34,245 nucleotides of DNA from Candidatus Shapirobacteria bacterium (GTDB lineage: Bacteria > Patescibacteriota > Microgenomatia > UBA12405), in the NCBI GenBank assembly GCA_023245435.1, contig JAHFKH010000004.1, forward strand, positions 3,714-37,958, given 5' to 3'. Of this stretch, positions 16,820 through 25,661 are shown one piece after another. Numbering within the stretch: the stretch's first letter is position 1; each line of letters begins with the position of its first letter. A program made the position numbers and the translations under genes. The notes beneath the pieces are model-generated. The model had not been told where the DNA came from. It saw nothing but the letters and a program-made list of their open reading frames with translations, and ran no database searches.

Positions 16820-17830
16820 ATGGACACCAAAATCCAACAAAACATTCCCCTAGCTCAATATACAACCTTAAAAATTGGCGGTCCGGCTGACTATTTTATC
16901 GAAGCTAACTCAACCGACGAATTAATTGAAATTTTAAGTTCAACTGATATCAAACCCATTACTGTTTTAGGCAACGGCTCTAACGTTTTAATTTCCGACT
17001 CAGGTATCCGGGGATTGGTCATAAAAAATAACTCAAAGGATATCAAAATACTAACTAATACACCAAACACATCTATAAAATTCACCAAAACTTACACTCA
17101 ACGCCAAGAAAACGAACCCGATAAATATTTAGACTTTTCCAAAATTGATTATGACGAATCGGCTCTACCCACTTCAAAAGTAGAAATATCCTCGGGATAT
17201 CCCCTACCTCAGGTTATTAATTGGTGCTTAGACCACGGTTTAACCGGTCTTCAGTGGTTTGCCTACATTCCCGGGACGATTGCCGGCGCAATTGTTCACA
17301 ACATTCACGGTGGCTCCTATCACATCGCTGATTACCTTGAATCGATTAAATGCTTTGATTTAAACACCAAACAAAAAAAAACATATAACAAATCAGATCT
17401 TAATTGGCAATACGAACAAAGTTTCTTTCTTCAAAATCCAAATTTAATCGTAATTTCTGCCATTTTAAATCTTTTCCATGGTGATACTACCAAAGCCAAA
17501 TCAGTCAAAGATGCTTGGATTGCTCAGAAAATTAAAGTTCAGCCCATGAATTCCCCTGGTAGTGCGTTCCAAAATCCCAGTTTAGATATTTGTCAAAAAA
17601 TTTGGGGTGAACAAAAATCGGCCGGCTGGATTATTGATCATGAGTTAAATTTAAAAGGTTTTAGTATTGGTGATGCCCAAATTTCCTTGCAGCACAGTAA
17701 TTTTTTTGTTAATAATGGTCACGCTACTGCCACCGATTATAAAAAACTAATTGAATACGTCCAAGATAAGGTCAAAACCAAGTTTGGCTTCGATCTAATT
17801 CCCGAGATTAAGTTTTTGGGTAAATTCTAA
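16820..17830 (+). CDS. murB: UDP-N-acetylenolpyruvoylglucosamine reductase
   Basis: PLAQYTTLKIGGPADYF, VLGNGSNVLISD, GSAFQNP, GDAQIS..HSNFFVN. Confidence 0.9.
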   Translation: MDTKIQQNIPLAQYTTLKIGGPADYFIEANSTDELIEILSSTDIKPITVLGNGSNVLISDSGIRGLVIKNNSKDIKILTNTPNTSIKFTKTYTQRQENEPDKYLDFSKIDYDESALPTSKVEISSGYPLPQVINWCLDHGLTGLQWFAYIPGTIAGAIVHNIHGGSYHIADYLESIKCFDLNTKQKKTYNKSDLNWQYEQSFFLQNPNLIVISAILNLFHGDTTKAKSVKDAWIAQKIKVQPMNSPGSAFQNPSLDICQKIWGEQKSAGWIIDHELNLKGFSIGDAQISLQHSNFFVNNGHATATDYKKLIEYVQDKVKTKFGFDLIPEIKFLGKF

Positions 17831-17921
17831 ATCACCCCCTAACCCCCTCTTTGACCAAAGAGGGGGGAAAATATTAATAATATTTATTATCCCTCTTTTT
17901 CAAAGAGGGATTTAGGGTGAT
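17831..17921. repeat. Inverted pair of GC-rich palindromic units between convergent murB and the wecG-like gene
   Basis: Left unit atcaccccctaaccccctctttgaccaaagaggg. The reverse complement of the right unit is atcaccctaaatccctctttgaaaaagaggg. AT-rich spacer between; each unit has its own ccctcttt/aaagaggg hairpin. Confidence 0.8.
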
Positions 17922-18733
17922 TTCAACACCATCCACACAAATTTTGGCAATTCGAGTTGACGTTTCCATCTTTTTGGCTCGACAAACAAGCTAAACAACC
18001 ATTCAAAACCAATTTGTTGTACCCATTTTGGAGCTCGGGGCAAATCGCCCGAGTAATAATCAAAACTCCTCCCCACCCCCATCACTAATCCCACTTTTAA
18101 TTTATCAAACCTTTCTTCAATCCATTCCTCCTGTCTTTTCATTCCTCGCGCCACAAACAAAAAGTCGGCTTTTATATTTAAATCAAAATTTTCCGCTTTA
18201 AACCCGGCTATTTTTAGCTTTGGATACTTTTTGGCAAAATATTTTGCCGTTTTTTTAGATCTATCCTTCCACCCTCCAAAAAAATAAACCGATTTATTGT
18301 TTTTTTGTGCCATAGCGCACAAATCGTCCATCAAATCTGCCCCGGTAATCAAATTCTCTCGATGTCCCCCTCGCAAAATTTCTATACCCACCTTTAAACC
18401 CGACAAAAAACTCTTGGTTTTCAATCCCCAAATCAACCCTATCCCATCTATCACATTGTAAGTCGTTTTAGTCCTTAGTATTTCCCCAAAATGACCATCT
18501 TTTAAAGCCGCCATCACAAATTCCGGATTTACTGTCGCAATCCATATTTTCTTCCCTTTTTCTATATCAGACTCTATCAACTTTAGCAGAGTCAATTTAT
18601 TACTGCCAAATAGTTGAAAACCGTACTTTGTGCCAACAGTTAGGCTGTTTTTACTATCAACCCTGGTTATTTTTTTAGTTTTCACTTCCATTATTTTAAC
18701 AAAAAAATCCAATAAACAATGACCCAAACCCAT
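17912..18733 (-). CDS. WecG/TagA/CpsF-family glycosyltransferase
   Basis: IWIATVNPEFVMAA, VYFFGG, AKKYPKLKIAG, LFVARGMKRQEEWI pattern typical of the family; the last codons (SP*) come from the palindromic unit. Confidence 0.7.
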   Translation of the reverse strand: MGLGHCLLDFFVKIMEVKTKKITRVDSKNSLTVGTKYGFQLFGSNKLTLLKLIESDIEKGKKIWIATVNPEFVMAALKDGHFGEILRTKTTYNVIDGIGLIWGLKTKSFLSGLKVGIEILRGGHRENLITGADLMDDLCAMAQKNNKSVYFFGGWKDRSKKTAKYFAKKYPKLKIAGFKAENFDLNIKADFLFVARGMKRQEEWIEERFDKLKVGLVMGVGRSFDYYSGDLPRAPKWVQQIGFEWLFSLFVEPKRWKRQLELPKFVWMVLKSP

Positions 18734-18886
18734 TTTTATACCTTATATCACCTTACTACAAGACTAAAACACCAACTATATCAATCTTAAAATGTTTATT
18801 TTTTATAAGATAAATATACAAAAATATACAATAGGCTTAATTTAATATAATTGAACAATATTTATACTCAGAATTATCCCCTATTT

Positions 18887-18927
18887 ATTCGTTATAATTC
18901 GTAATTTGTAATTTGTAATTCGTAATT
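18887..18927 (+). repeat. ATT(C/T)GTA heptamer array, intergenic
   Basis: attcgtt ata attcgta atttgta atttgta attcgta att. Confidence 0.8.
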
Positions 18928-18963
18928 ATTTTTCTCACTCTTATATTGTCTAAATTATTATTT

Positions 18964-18990
18964 AGTTTTAAGTTTTAAGTTTTAAGTTTT
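18964..18990 (+). repeat. AGTTTTA heptamer array, intergenic
   Basis: agtttta agtttta agtttta agtttt. Confidence 0.85.
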
Positions 18991-19021
18991 CAAAAAATAT
19001 AGGTTATTTTTTTGAAATATA

Positions 19022-20020
19022 TCATCTCAATGACTGTCGATACAAATCCCAGTTATCAATTACCATTCCCACCCCTCGTACCACACAATATTCTGGTTCA
19101 CCCGCCACATGGACCGGTATCCCAATTTCGCGCGATAACCACAAATCCATTCCCCTAGTTTTTGCATAAGCCCCTGTCAAAATTACTCCTCGATCCAAAA
19201 CGTCTGACACTAACTCGGCTGGAGTAATTTCCAACACCGATTTCATTAAACCAACTATTTTTTCCATCTCCTGATGAACCAACTCAAAAATTTCAGTTGA
19301 TGACAAATTAACTCTTTTGGGTAAACCATTTAAAACATCTCTTCCACCAACTTCTAAAAACTCTTCTTTTTTTAGCTTGACAGCCGACATTAGCTTCATT
19401 TTTATCTCTTCCATCACTTGTCGGCCTGCTACCAAAGAATGTTGTGAAGCTAAATATTCACCAATCAATTCATTAATCGACCCACTCCCCTGGCGAATTT
19501 GCTTTACTTTTACAATTCCCCCGGAAGCAATTATGGCCACTTCAATTACTCCTCCACCTAAGTTAACAATCATATTTCCAAAAACGTCTGATATTGGCAC
19601 CTTGGCCCCAATTGCTGCCGCCAAAGGCGAATCTATTAAATACACTTTTCGTGCCCCAGCTTCTAGTAAAACGTCAATTACTGCTCTTTGCTCTACTTGA
19701 GTATTACCCGAAGGTACGGCCGTTACTACTTCTGGACCAATAAACCAATTTCTTCCCATTACAATTTGTAAATAACTTTTTAACATCAACTTTGCCCCTT
19801 CAAAATCAACAATCACTCCCGATTTTATTGGTTCAAGCACTTCAATATATCCTGGTTGTCGACCCAACATTTTTTTAGCTTCATTACCGAGAGCTACTTG
19901 TTTTCTGTTTTCAATATCAACCGCCACTAACGATGGTTCCCTTAACACTATTTCACCATCCCTTAGGATAGTTATTTCCGAAGTCCCAATATCAATTGCT
20001 AACATCTTAAGATTAAGCAT
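19022..20020 (-). CDS. mreB: Rod shape-determining actin homolog MreB
   Basis: LAIDIGTSEI, PSLVA, VVTAVPSG.T.VE.RA, IVNLGGGVIEVA; TAGAAT 5 nt upstream of the ATG. Confidence 0.9.
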   Translation of the reverse strand: MLNLKMLAIDIGTSEITILRDGEIVLREPSLVAVDIENRKQVALGNEAKKMLGRQPGYIEVLEPIKSGVIVDFEGAKLMLKSYLQIVMGRNWFIGPEVVTAVPSGNTQVEQRAVIDVLLEAGARKVYLIDSPLAAAIGAKVPISDVFGNMIVNLGGGVIEVAIIASGGIVKVKQIRQGSGSINELIGEYLASQHSLVAGRQVMEEIKMKLMSAVKLKKEEFLEVGGRDVLNGLPKRVNLSSTEIFELVHQEMEKIVGLMKSVLEITPAELVSDVLDRGVILTGAYAKTRGMDLWLSREIGIPVHVAGEPEYCVVRGVGMVIDNWDLYRQSLR

Positions 20021-20096
20021 AGTTTATTCTATCAGTCAAAACCAGTATAATATATTTATCACTACAAAATATTCAGGCCAAAAAAATGCCATTATC

Positions 20097-21143
20097 ATGT
20101 TATTGGTCGTAACTTCTATCGTATTAACTACATTTATCATTAGCATTTTTGCCCGCGGCTATATCCCTCAGTACGACAACGGTTTAAAAATAACGGCCAC
20201 AGGCTTATTATCGGCCAATTCTTTACCCAAAAACGCCAGCGTCATTATCAACGACAAACTTTATACCACTACCGACGACTCAATTAACCTTGTCCCCGGG
20301 GATTATCAACTAAAAATCGTCAAAGAAGGCTATTTACCTTGGAATAAAAAAATTACGATTCAAAAAGAAATGGTTTACCAAGCTGAAGCTGCTTTATTTA
20401 AAACCAATCCCAAACTAACCCCCCTAACCACCATTACCGCTTTATTTCCCACTTCAAACCCCGATCATACTCAAATAGTTTTTATTGCTCCACCCTCCAC
20501 CTCAAGCTATAAACCTGGAATTTATTTAGTTGAATCAAGTTACTATTTTACTCCTATCTTAAGCCGATATGAACCAAAATTTATTGCGACCAACCCCTAT
20601 TCTTTCAACGACAAAACTCTTAGTTTTACCTTTTCTCCCAACTCCAAACAAATAATTCTCAAATCAGGCACCAAACGCAATCAATATTTAATCGATTTGA
20701 CCACCAATAACATTAGTTTACTCAACGAAAAAAACAATCTCAATTGGGAACAACAATCAAAAGAAATAGAGACGGTTAATTTAAATAAACTTCCCAAAAT
20801 ATTTACCAATACAGTCGCCACCAATCCTGCCTCAATTCAGTTTTCCGGCGATGAAAATAAATTTTTATACCTATTTAACGACCAATATTATACTTATGAC
20901 TCTGAAAAAAATTTAAATTATATTTTGGGCAAACGGTCTGATATTATTAACCCTTTTTGGCTACCCAAATCAAATAGTATTATTTATACCAACAACGGCA
21001 AAATAAAATCGATTGAATTTGACGGGACTAACAACAATACTATTTTTTCCTCGGAATTATACGTTAAAACCATAATACCTCAATTTGACGGTGAAAAACT
21101 TATTATAACCTCCGACAATATTTACAACCTAACTATCAGATAA
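20097..21143 (+). CDS. Membrane-anchored PEGA-domain protein with a beta-propeller-like C-terminal region
   Basis: N-terminal TM helix; NASVIINDKLYTTTDDSINLVPGDYQLKIVKEGYLPW is a PEGA-type motif. Confidence 0.6.
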   Translation: MLLVVTSIVLTTFIISIFARGYIPQYDNGLKITATGLLSANSLPKNASVIINDKLYTTTDDSINLVPGDYQLKIVKEGYLPWNKKITIQKEMVYQAEAALFKTNPKLTPLTTITALFPTSNPDHTQIVFIAPPSTSSYKPGIYLVESSYYFTPILSRYEPKFIATNPYSFNDKTLSFTFSPNSKQIILKSGTKRNQYLIDLTTNNISLLNEKNNLNWEQQSKEIETVNLNKLPKIFTNTVATNPASIQFSGDENKFLYLFNDQYYTYDSEKNLNYILGKRSDIINPFWLPKSNSIIYTNNGKIKSIEFDGTNNNTIFSSELYVKTIIPQFDGEKLIITSDNIYNLTIR

Positions 21144-21144
21144 C

Positions 21145-21471
21145 TTATCGACACCTTCTTGATTCAAAGCTATCAATTTGAACATCAATATTAGCTTTCT
21201 CTGCGGCAGTTATACTACTAATCTTTTTTTCGTCATTTAAAAACAAAATCACCTTATCAACATACTCATTTGTCAAACAGCTAGAAACAGAATCAATTTG
21301 ATCATAAGGCGCTTCTAATTTTGGCTCAGAAAAACTAATCGAGTCACCCAACACCGTGGCTTGACCACCATAGTTGCCTACTTCAACAAATCGTAGTGGC
21401 ACCAAGACCATCAAGGCAAAAACAAAACTAACAATCAGGGTTCGTGTATTTTTATTAAATTCTTTTTCCAT
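21145..21471 (-). CDS. Hypothetical membrane-anchored protein (108 aa)
   Basis: ORF with one N-terminal TM helix (LIVSFVFALMVLVPL). Confidence 0.45.
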   Translation of the reverse strand: MEKEFNKNTRTLIVSFVFALMVLVPLRFVEVGNYGGQATVLGDSISFSEPKLEAPYDQIDSVSSCLTNEYVDKVILFLNDEKKISSITAAEKANIDVQIDSFESRRCR

Positions 21472-21514
21472 ATAATCAGTCTAAAACATTTGCCAAATTT
21501 GTCAATCGAACAAT

Positions 21515-21523
21515 TGGTATAAT
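21515..21523 (+). promoter_or_regulatory. Extended -10 TGGTATAAT upstream of the tRNA pair
   Basis: TGnTATAAT ends 8 nt before tRNA-Pro position 1. Confidence 0.5.
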
Positions 21524-21531
21524 AGCAGCGA

Positions 21532-21604
21532 CAGGGACTAGTTCAATTGGTAGAGCGCACGGTTCGGAACCGTGAGGTTACGGGTTCGAATCCCGTGTCT
21601 CTGA
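21532..21604 (+). tRNA. tRNA-Pro (anticodon CGG)
   Basis: Hand-folded cloverleaf: acceptor cagggac/gtctctg with the C1-G72 pair typical of bacterial tRNA-Pro, D arm gttc-aattggta-gagc, anticodon arm cacgg-ttCGGaa-ccgtg, T arm acggg-ttcgaat-cccgt; no encoded CCA. Confidence 0.9.
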
Positions 21605-21614
21605 CAAAAATCAC

Positions 21615-21686
21615 GTCCTCATAGTTCAATGGATAGAACGAGGGTTTCCTAAACCCTAAATCCAGGTCCGATTCCTGGTGAGGACA
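21615..21686 (+). tRNA. tRNA-Arg (anticodon CCU)
   Basis: Acceptor gtcctca/tgaggac, D arm gttc-aatggata-gaac, anticodon arm agggt-ttCCTaa-accct, T arm ccagg-tccgatt-cctgg (non-canonical C at position 55); no encoded CCA. Confidence 0.85.
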
Positions 21687-21691
21687 CAATA

Positions 21692-21804
21692 TTTACCGCA
21701 ATTTACTAACCCAATATCCTACTTTTTACCGCAATATTTAACCAATACTCCGTAATATTTCCGCAGAAATTTACCTATTTTTAACATTCTATACATTTAC
21801 CGCA
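21692..21804 (+). repeat. Four iteron-like direct repeats TTT(A)CCGCA in a ~440-nt non-coding AT-rich region
   Basis: tttaccgca at 21692, 21725 and 21796; tttccgca at 21758; spacing 33, 33 and 38 nt. Confidence 0.7.
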
Positions 21805-22125
21805 TAATATACAATTATTATAATAATTAATATACAAAATATATCTATTCAAATCATTTAAAACGAATTTGCCCAAAACTATACAATTTAATATATTAAA
21901 AATGCTTCATCTTTCTCTAATTTTATCCCCTCATTTATGCTTCAAAATATATCACCAACACTATCACAAAATATATCAACAAATAATTAATTTTTAAAAA
22001 ATATTGTTTAAATAAAATACCATCAACCATACTTTAATCAACTAAAATAATCACATTATTAACCTATTTGTCTGTACAAACCGATATCATTACCTACCTA
22101 GCAGTTATTAAGTTACTTTGCCAAT

Positions 22126-24501
22126 TTAGCCTTTAACCACCAAATTTATCATTTTTCCCTCGACATATATTTCTTTTATTATGGTCTTACCCACTAACCA
22201 TTTCTTCACATTTTCTAATTCCTTTGCCATAGCCACAACATTTTCTTTAACTCGTAACTGTTCACTCGTAACTGTTAACTGATCTCTAACTTTTCCATTA
22301 ATTGCCACTGGTAACTTCACCACCTCGTCTATTAAGTACTTCTCCTGTGCCACCGGCCATGATGTGCTGTGTATTGAATTATTATTTCCCGTTTGGCTCC
22401 ACAACTCCTCGGTTATATATGGCGCAAAAGGGGCTAATAGCTTCAACAATACTTCTATCGAATTTTTATCTATCTTAATTTTTTCTAAATCGTTTAATCC
22501 TCCCATTAATTTAGCAATTGCTGTATTGTAACCAAATTCATTTATATCCTTGGTTAATCCAAATATTAGCTTGTTTATTACCAAATTACAATCATCATTG
22601 CTAGCAGATTTATTATTAATCTGATTAATTATATATTTCTCGAATCTATCTAAAAATCTTTTTACTCCCATTAAAGTATTTTCATTCCAAGCCATTGTTC
22701 CCTCAAATGGTCCCATAAACATCATATACATTCGCACTACATCAACTCCATATTTATCAGCCACTGTCTCAGGCACTATTACGTTCCCTTTTGATTTACT
22801 CATTCGATTATTATCGGGTCCTAATATTACTCCATGCGACATTCGCACCGCATATGGTTCAGGTGTTGGCACCACTTTTAAATCGTACAAAAACTGATGA
22901 ATAAATCTAGAATATAGCAAATGCAGCGTATTGTGTTCATCACCACCAATATAAACATTAACTGGCAACCATTTTTTAAGTGTATCAAAAGATGCCAGTT
23001 CTTTATTATTATGTGGATCACAATATCTCATAAAATACCAATCGCTACCTGCCCAGTTGGGCATGGTGTCAGTCTCCCTTTTGGCCACCCCTCCACACTT
23101 GGGACACGTACAATTTACAAAACTTTCAATTCGTGACAGTGGACTTAAACCATCATCAGTTGGTTCGTACGCTTCAACCTCAGGCAACACAATCGGTAGG
23201 TTTTCTTCCTTCTCAGTTACCCAGCCACATTTTGGACAGTTTATCATTGGTATTGGTTCACCCCAATAATGTTGGCGACTGAATATCCAATCGCGCAAAT
23301 GATAACTGCTCGCCCCTTCCCCTATTCCCTTATTTATTATTAATTCAATTGCTTTTTTAACTTCTTCAGCAACATTTACTTTCTTTTCATCATCATAAAC
23401 ATTAATAATTGGTAAATTAAATTTTTGGGCAAACTCCTTATCTCGCTCATCATGTGCCGGCACCGACATAATTGCCCCTGTTCCGTAACTGACCAAGACA
23501 AAATCAGATATCCAAATTGGAATTTCTTTGTTATTAATAGGGTTAATGGCATACAAACCCGAAAACACTCCTGTTTTTTCTTTATTTAATTCCGTTCTTT
23601 CCATTTCCGACTTCTTCCGTGCCTGTTTTACATATTCCTGTATTTTTTCTCGTTCCTCATTCGTAATTCGTAATTCGTAATTATCAATTATTCCATTTAT
23701 TAATTCATGTTCTGGTGCCACCACCATAAATGTCGCCCCAGATAAAGTATCGGGTCTGGTTGTAAACACCTCCAATTCTTTTATCTGAGATCTGACATCT
23801 GAGATCTGAAATCTAATCTTCGCTCCTTCCGATTTACCAATCCAATTAATTTGTGCTTGTTTGACCTTATCAATAAATGAGGTGTCTTTTAAACCATCAA
23901 TCAACCGATCGGCATATTTGGTTATTTTAACTACCCATTGTGAAATATTGCGTCGCGACACTTCACTCCCACAACGTTCACATTTACCATCAACCACTTC
24001 TTCGTTTGCTAAACCAATTTTGCAACTAGGACACCAGTTAATCGGCATTTCTTTTTTATATGCCAAACCAGCTTCAAATAATTTAATAAATATCCATTGC
24101 GTCCATTTGTAATATTGTGGATCAGTGGTATTTATTTCTCGCTCCCAATCAAACGAAAAAGCTAATTTTTTCATTTGATTTCTAAAATTATCCGTGTTTT
24201 CTTTGGTTACCTCTTGCGGTTTTCGCTTCATTTTAATCGCATAGTTTTCCGTTGGCAAACCAAATGCATCCCACCCCATCGGATACAACACATTGTTTCC
24301 CCGCATTCTCATAAACCGAGCATAAATATCTCCCCCCGTAAAAGAAAAAGCATGGCCGACATGTAAACCCGAGCCTGACGGATATGGGAATTCATTCAGC
24401 ACATACACTTTTGGCTTATCACTTTTATCATCCGCCTTATACAAATTTTTATTTTCGGCCCAAATCCTCTGCCACTTATCTTCAATTAACTTAAAATCCA
24501 T
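22126..24501 (-). CDS. leuS: Leucine--tRNA ligase
   Basis: FPYPSGSGLHVGH (HIGH), TTRPDT editing-domain motif, RMSKSKGN (KMSKS); full length, 791 aa. Confidence 0.97.
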   Translation of the reverse strand: MDFKLIEDKWQRIWAENKNLYKADDKSDKPKVYVLNEFPYPSGSGLHVGHAFSFTGGDIYARFMRMRGNNVLYPMGWDAFGLPTENYAIKMKRKPQEVTKENTDNFRNQMKKLAFSFDWEREINTTDPQYYKWTQWIFIKLFEAGLAYKKEMPINWCPSCKIGLANEEVVDGKCERCGSEVSRRNISQWVVKITKYADRLIDGLKDTSFIDKVKQAQINWIGKSEGAKIRFQISDVRSQIKELEVFTTRPDTLSGATFMVVAPEHELINGIIDNYELRITNEEREKIQEYVKQARKKSEMERTELNKEKTGVFSGLYAINPINNKEIPIWISDFVLVSYGTGAIMSVPAHDERDKEFAQKFNLPIINVYDDEKKVNVAEEVKKAIELIINKGIGEGASSYHLRDWIFSRQHYWGEPIPMINCPKCGWVTEKEENLPIVLPEVEAYEPTDDGLSPLSRIESFVNCTCPKCGGVAKRETDTMPNWAGSDWYFMRYCDPHNNKELASFDTLKKWLPVNVYIGGDEHNTLHLLYSRFIHQFLYDLKVVPTPEPYAVRMSHGVILGPDNNRMSKSKGNVIVPETVADKYGVDVVRMYMMFMGPFEGTMAWNENTLMGVKRFLDRFEKYIINQINNKSASNDDCNLVINKLIFGLTKDINEFGYNTAIAKLMGGLNDLEKIKIDKNSIEVLLKLLAPFAPYITEELWSQTGNNNSIHSTSWPVAQEKYLIDEVVKLPVAINGKVRDQLTVTSEQLRVKENVVAMAKELENVKKWLVGKTIIKEIYVEGKMINLVVKG
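22250..22284 (+). repeat. ACTCGTA/ACTGTTA heptamer array inside leuS (encodes QLTVTSEQLRV on the coding strand)
   Basis: actcgta actgttc actcgta actgtta actgatc. Confidence 0.8.
23659..23682 (+). repeat. ATTCGTA heptamer array inside leuS (encodes NYELRITN)
   Basis: attcgta attcgta attcgta att. Confidence 0.85.
23783..23817 (+). repeat. ATCTGAG heptamer array inside leuS (encodes RFQISDVRSQI)
   Basis: atctgag atctgac atctgag atctgaa atctaat; reverse complement of the 33956-33983 family. Confidence 0.85.
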
Positions 24502-24608
24502 ATACTTCTATTTTATCTCAAAAATACACAAAATCTATCATCAACCATATTTGTTGCAAATATCACATTATTATTGGATAATAATTTGTTACTCTATACT
24601 CACCAAAC

Positions 24609-24962
24609 ATGTCATTAAAAATCCTCATTGTCGAAGATGATTTATTTTCCGCCAATATTTATCAAAACCACTTAACCAAAGCTGGTTATATTTCCAAAAT
24701 TGCCACAGATGGTCGTACCGCCTTGGATTTAGCCGATTCATTTCACCCCGACTTAATAATTTTAGATTTAATTCTTCCCAAAATTGATGGTTTTACTCTA
24801 ATTCATTTATTTAAAAAAACTCCAATTATTATAGTTTCTAATCTCGATCAAGATGACGACATTGAAAAATGTCTTAGTACCGGCGCCAAGCTGTTTATCA
24901 CCAAAGAATCAATTAACTACGACAAATTAATCTCCGAAATCAATAAATTACTCGATCACTAA
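24609..24962 (+). CDS. Stand-alone response-regulator receiver domain (CheY-like)
   Basis: KILIVEDD, DLIILDLILPKIDG (phospho-acceptor Asp context), no output domain; TATACT 8 nt upstream of the ATG. Confidence 0.85.
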   Translation: MSLKILIVEDDLFSANIYQNHLTKAGYISKIATDGRTALDLADSFHPDLIILDLILPKIDGFTLIHLFKKTPIIIVSNLDQDDDIEKCLSTGAKLFITKESINYDKLISEINKLLDH

Positions 24963-25661
24963 ACTCCCATTAACATCAGTCCTTAACACCGACGTCCCCA
25001 CTCCCAACACTCGTCCCAAAACTTCGCTACTCGGGTGACCATAATTATTTTTACCTACCGATACGACCGCAAAATTCGCATTTATCCGCTGCAACCACGC
25101 CTGTGAATTCCCCGTTTTTGATCCGTGGTGCGACAACTTAACTACATCAATCGGCTCATTTATACTATATATAATACTGTTCTCAACCAACTCATCAATA
25201 TCACCCGTAAATAAAATCGATTTATTGGCAAATTTTAATATTCCTACTACCGAATCATTATCCCGCGGGACCAATCCCACCAGGGGAAAAATCACCTCAA
25301 ATTCAAAATTATTACCCTTGACCACATCACCCTTAAACAAATCCCCCAACCCCACTATTTTTTTAATTTGATAATATTTTTTTAATTTTTCCAAAGCCCC
25401 ACTGTGATCATTATCCAGATGCGACAACATTACTATTTCCAATTTTTTATCCCCTAGCGGCAAATTTTGATCCAAACATTTTTCAATTCCCCCGGCAACT
25501 GGCCCAGTATCGATTAACATTTGAAAATAACCAGAAGTTACCAAAGCCGCATCACCTTGCCCCACGTTACAAAAAATTACTTTAACTTTATTACTCGGAA
25601 TTACCACTATCCAACCCCACATCAAATATATCAATCCCAATAAAAAATATTTTTTATACAT
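24948..25661 (-). CDS. comEC: ComEC metallo-beta-lactamase domain encoded as a separate ORF (own N-terminal TM helix)
   Basis: VIFCNVGQGDAALV, MLSHLDNDHSGAL (HxHxDH-type), LSHHGS; 8-nt overlap with the upstream ComEC membrane ORF. Confidence 0.8.
   Translation of the reverse strand: MYKKYFLLGLIYLMWGWIVVIPSNKVKVIFCNVGQGDAALVTSGYFQMLIDTGPVAGGIEKCLDQNLPLGDKKLEIVMLSHLDNDHSGALEKLKKYYQIKKIVGLGDLFKGDVVKGNNFEFEVIFPLVGLVPRDNDSVVGILKFANKSILFTGDIDELVENSIIYSINEPIDVVKLSHHGSKTGNSQAWLQRINANFAVVSVGKNNYGHPSSEVLGRVLGVGTSVLRTDVNGSLVIE

Noticed and set aside
21687-22125. Chromosomal replication origin (oriC) at the iteron-like region
   Set aside because: No dnaA/dnaN or other origin-linked genes are nearby. 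The repeat TTTACCGCA differs from the canonical DnaA box TTATCCACA. The region is kept only as a generic protein-binding array candidate.
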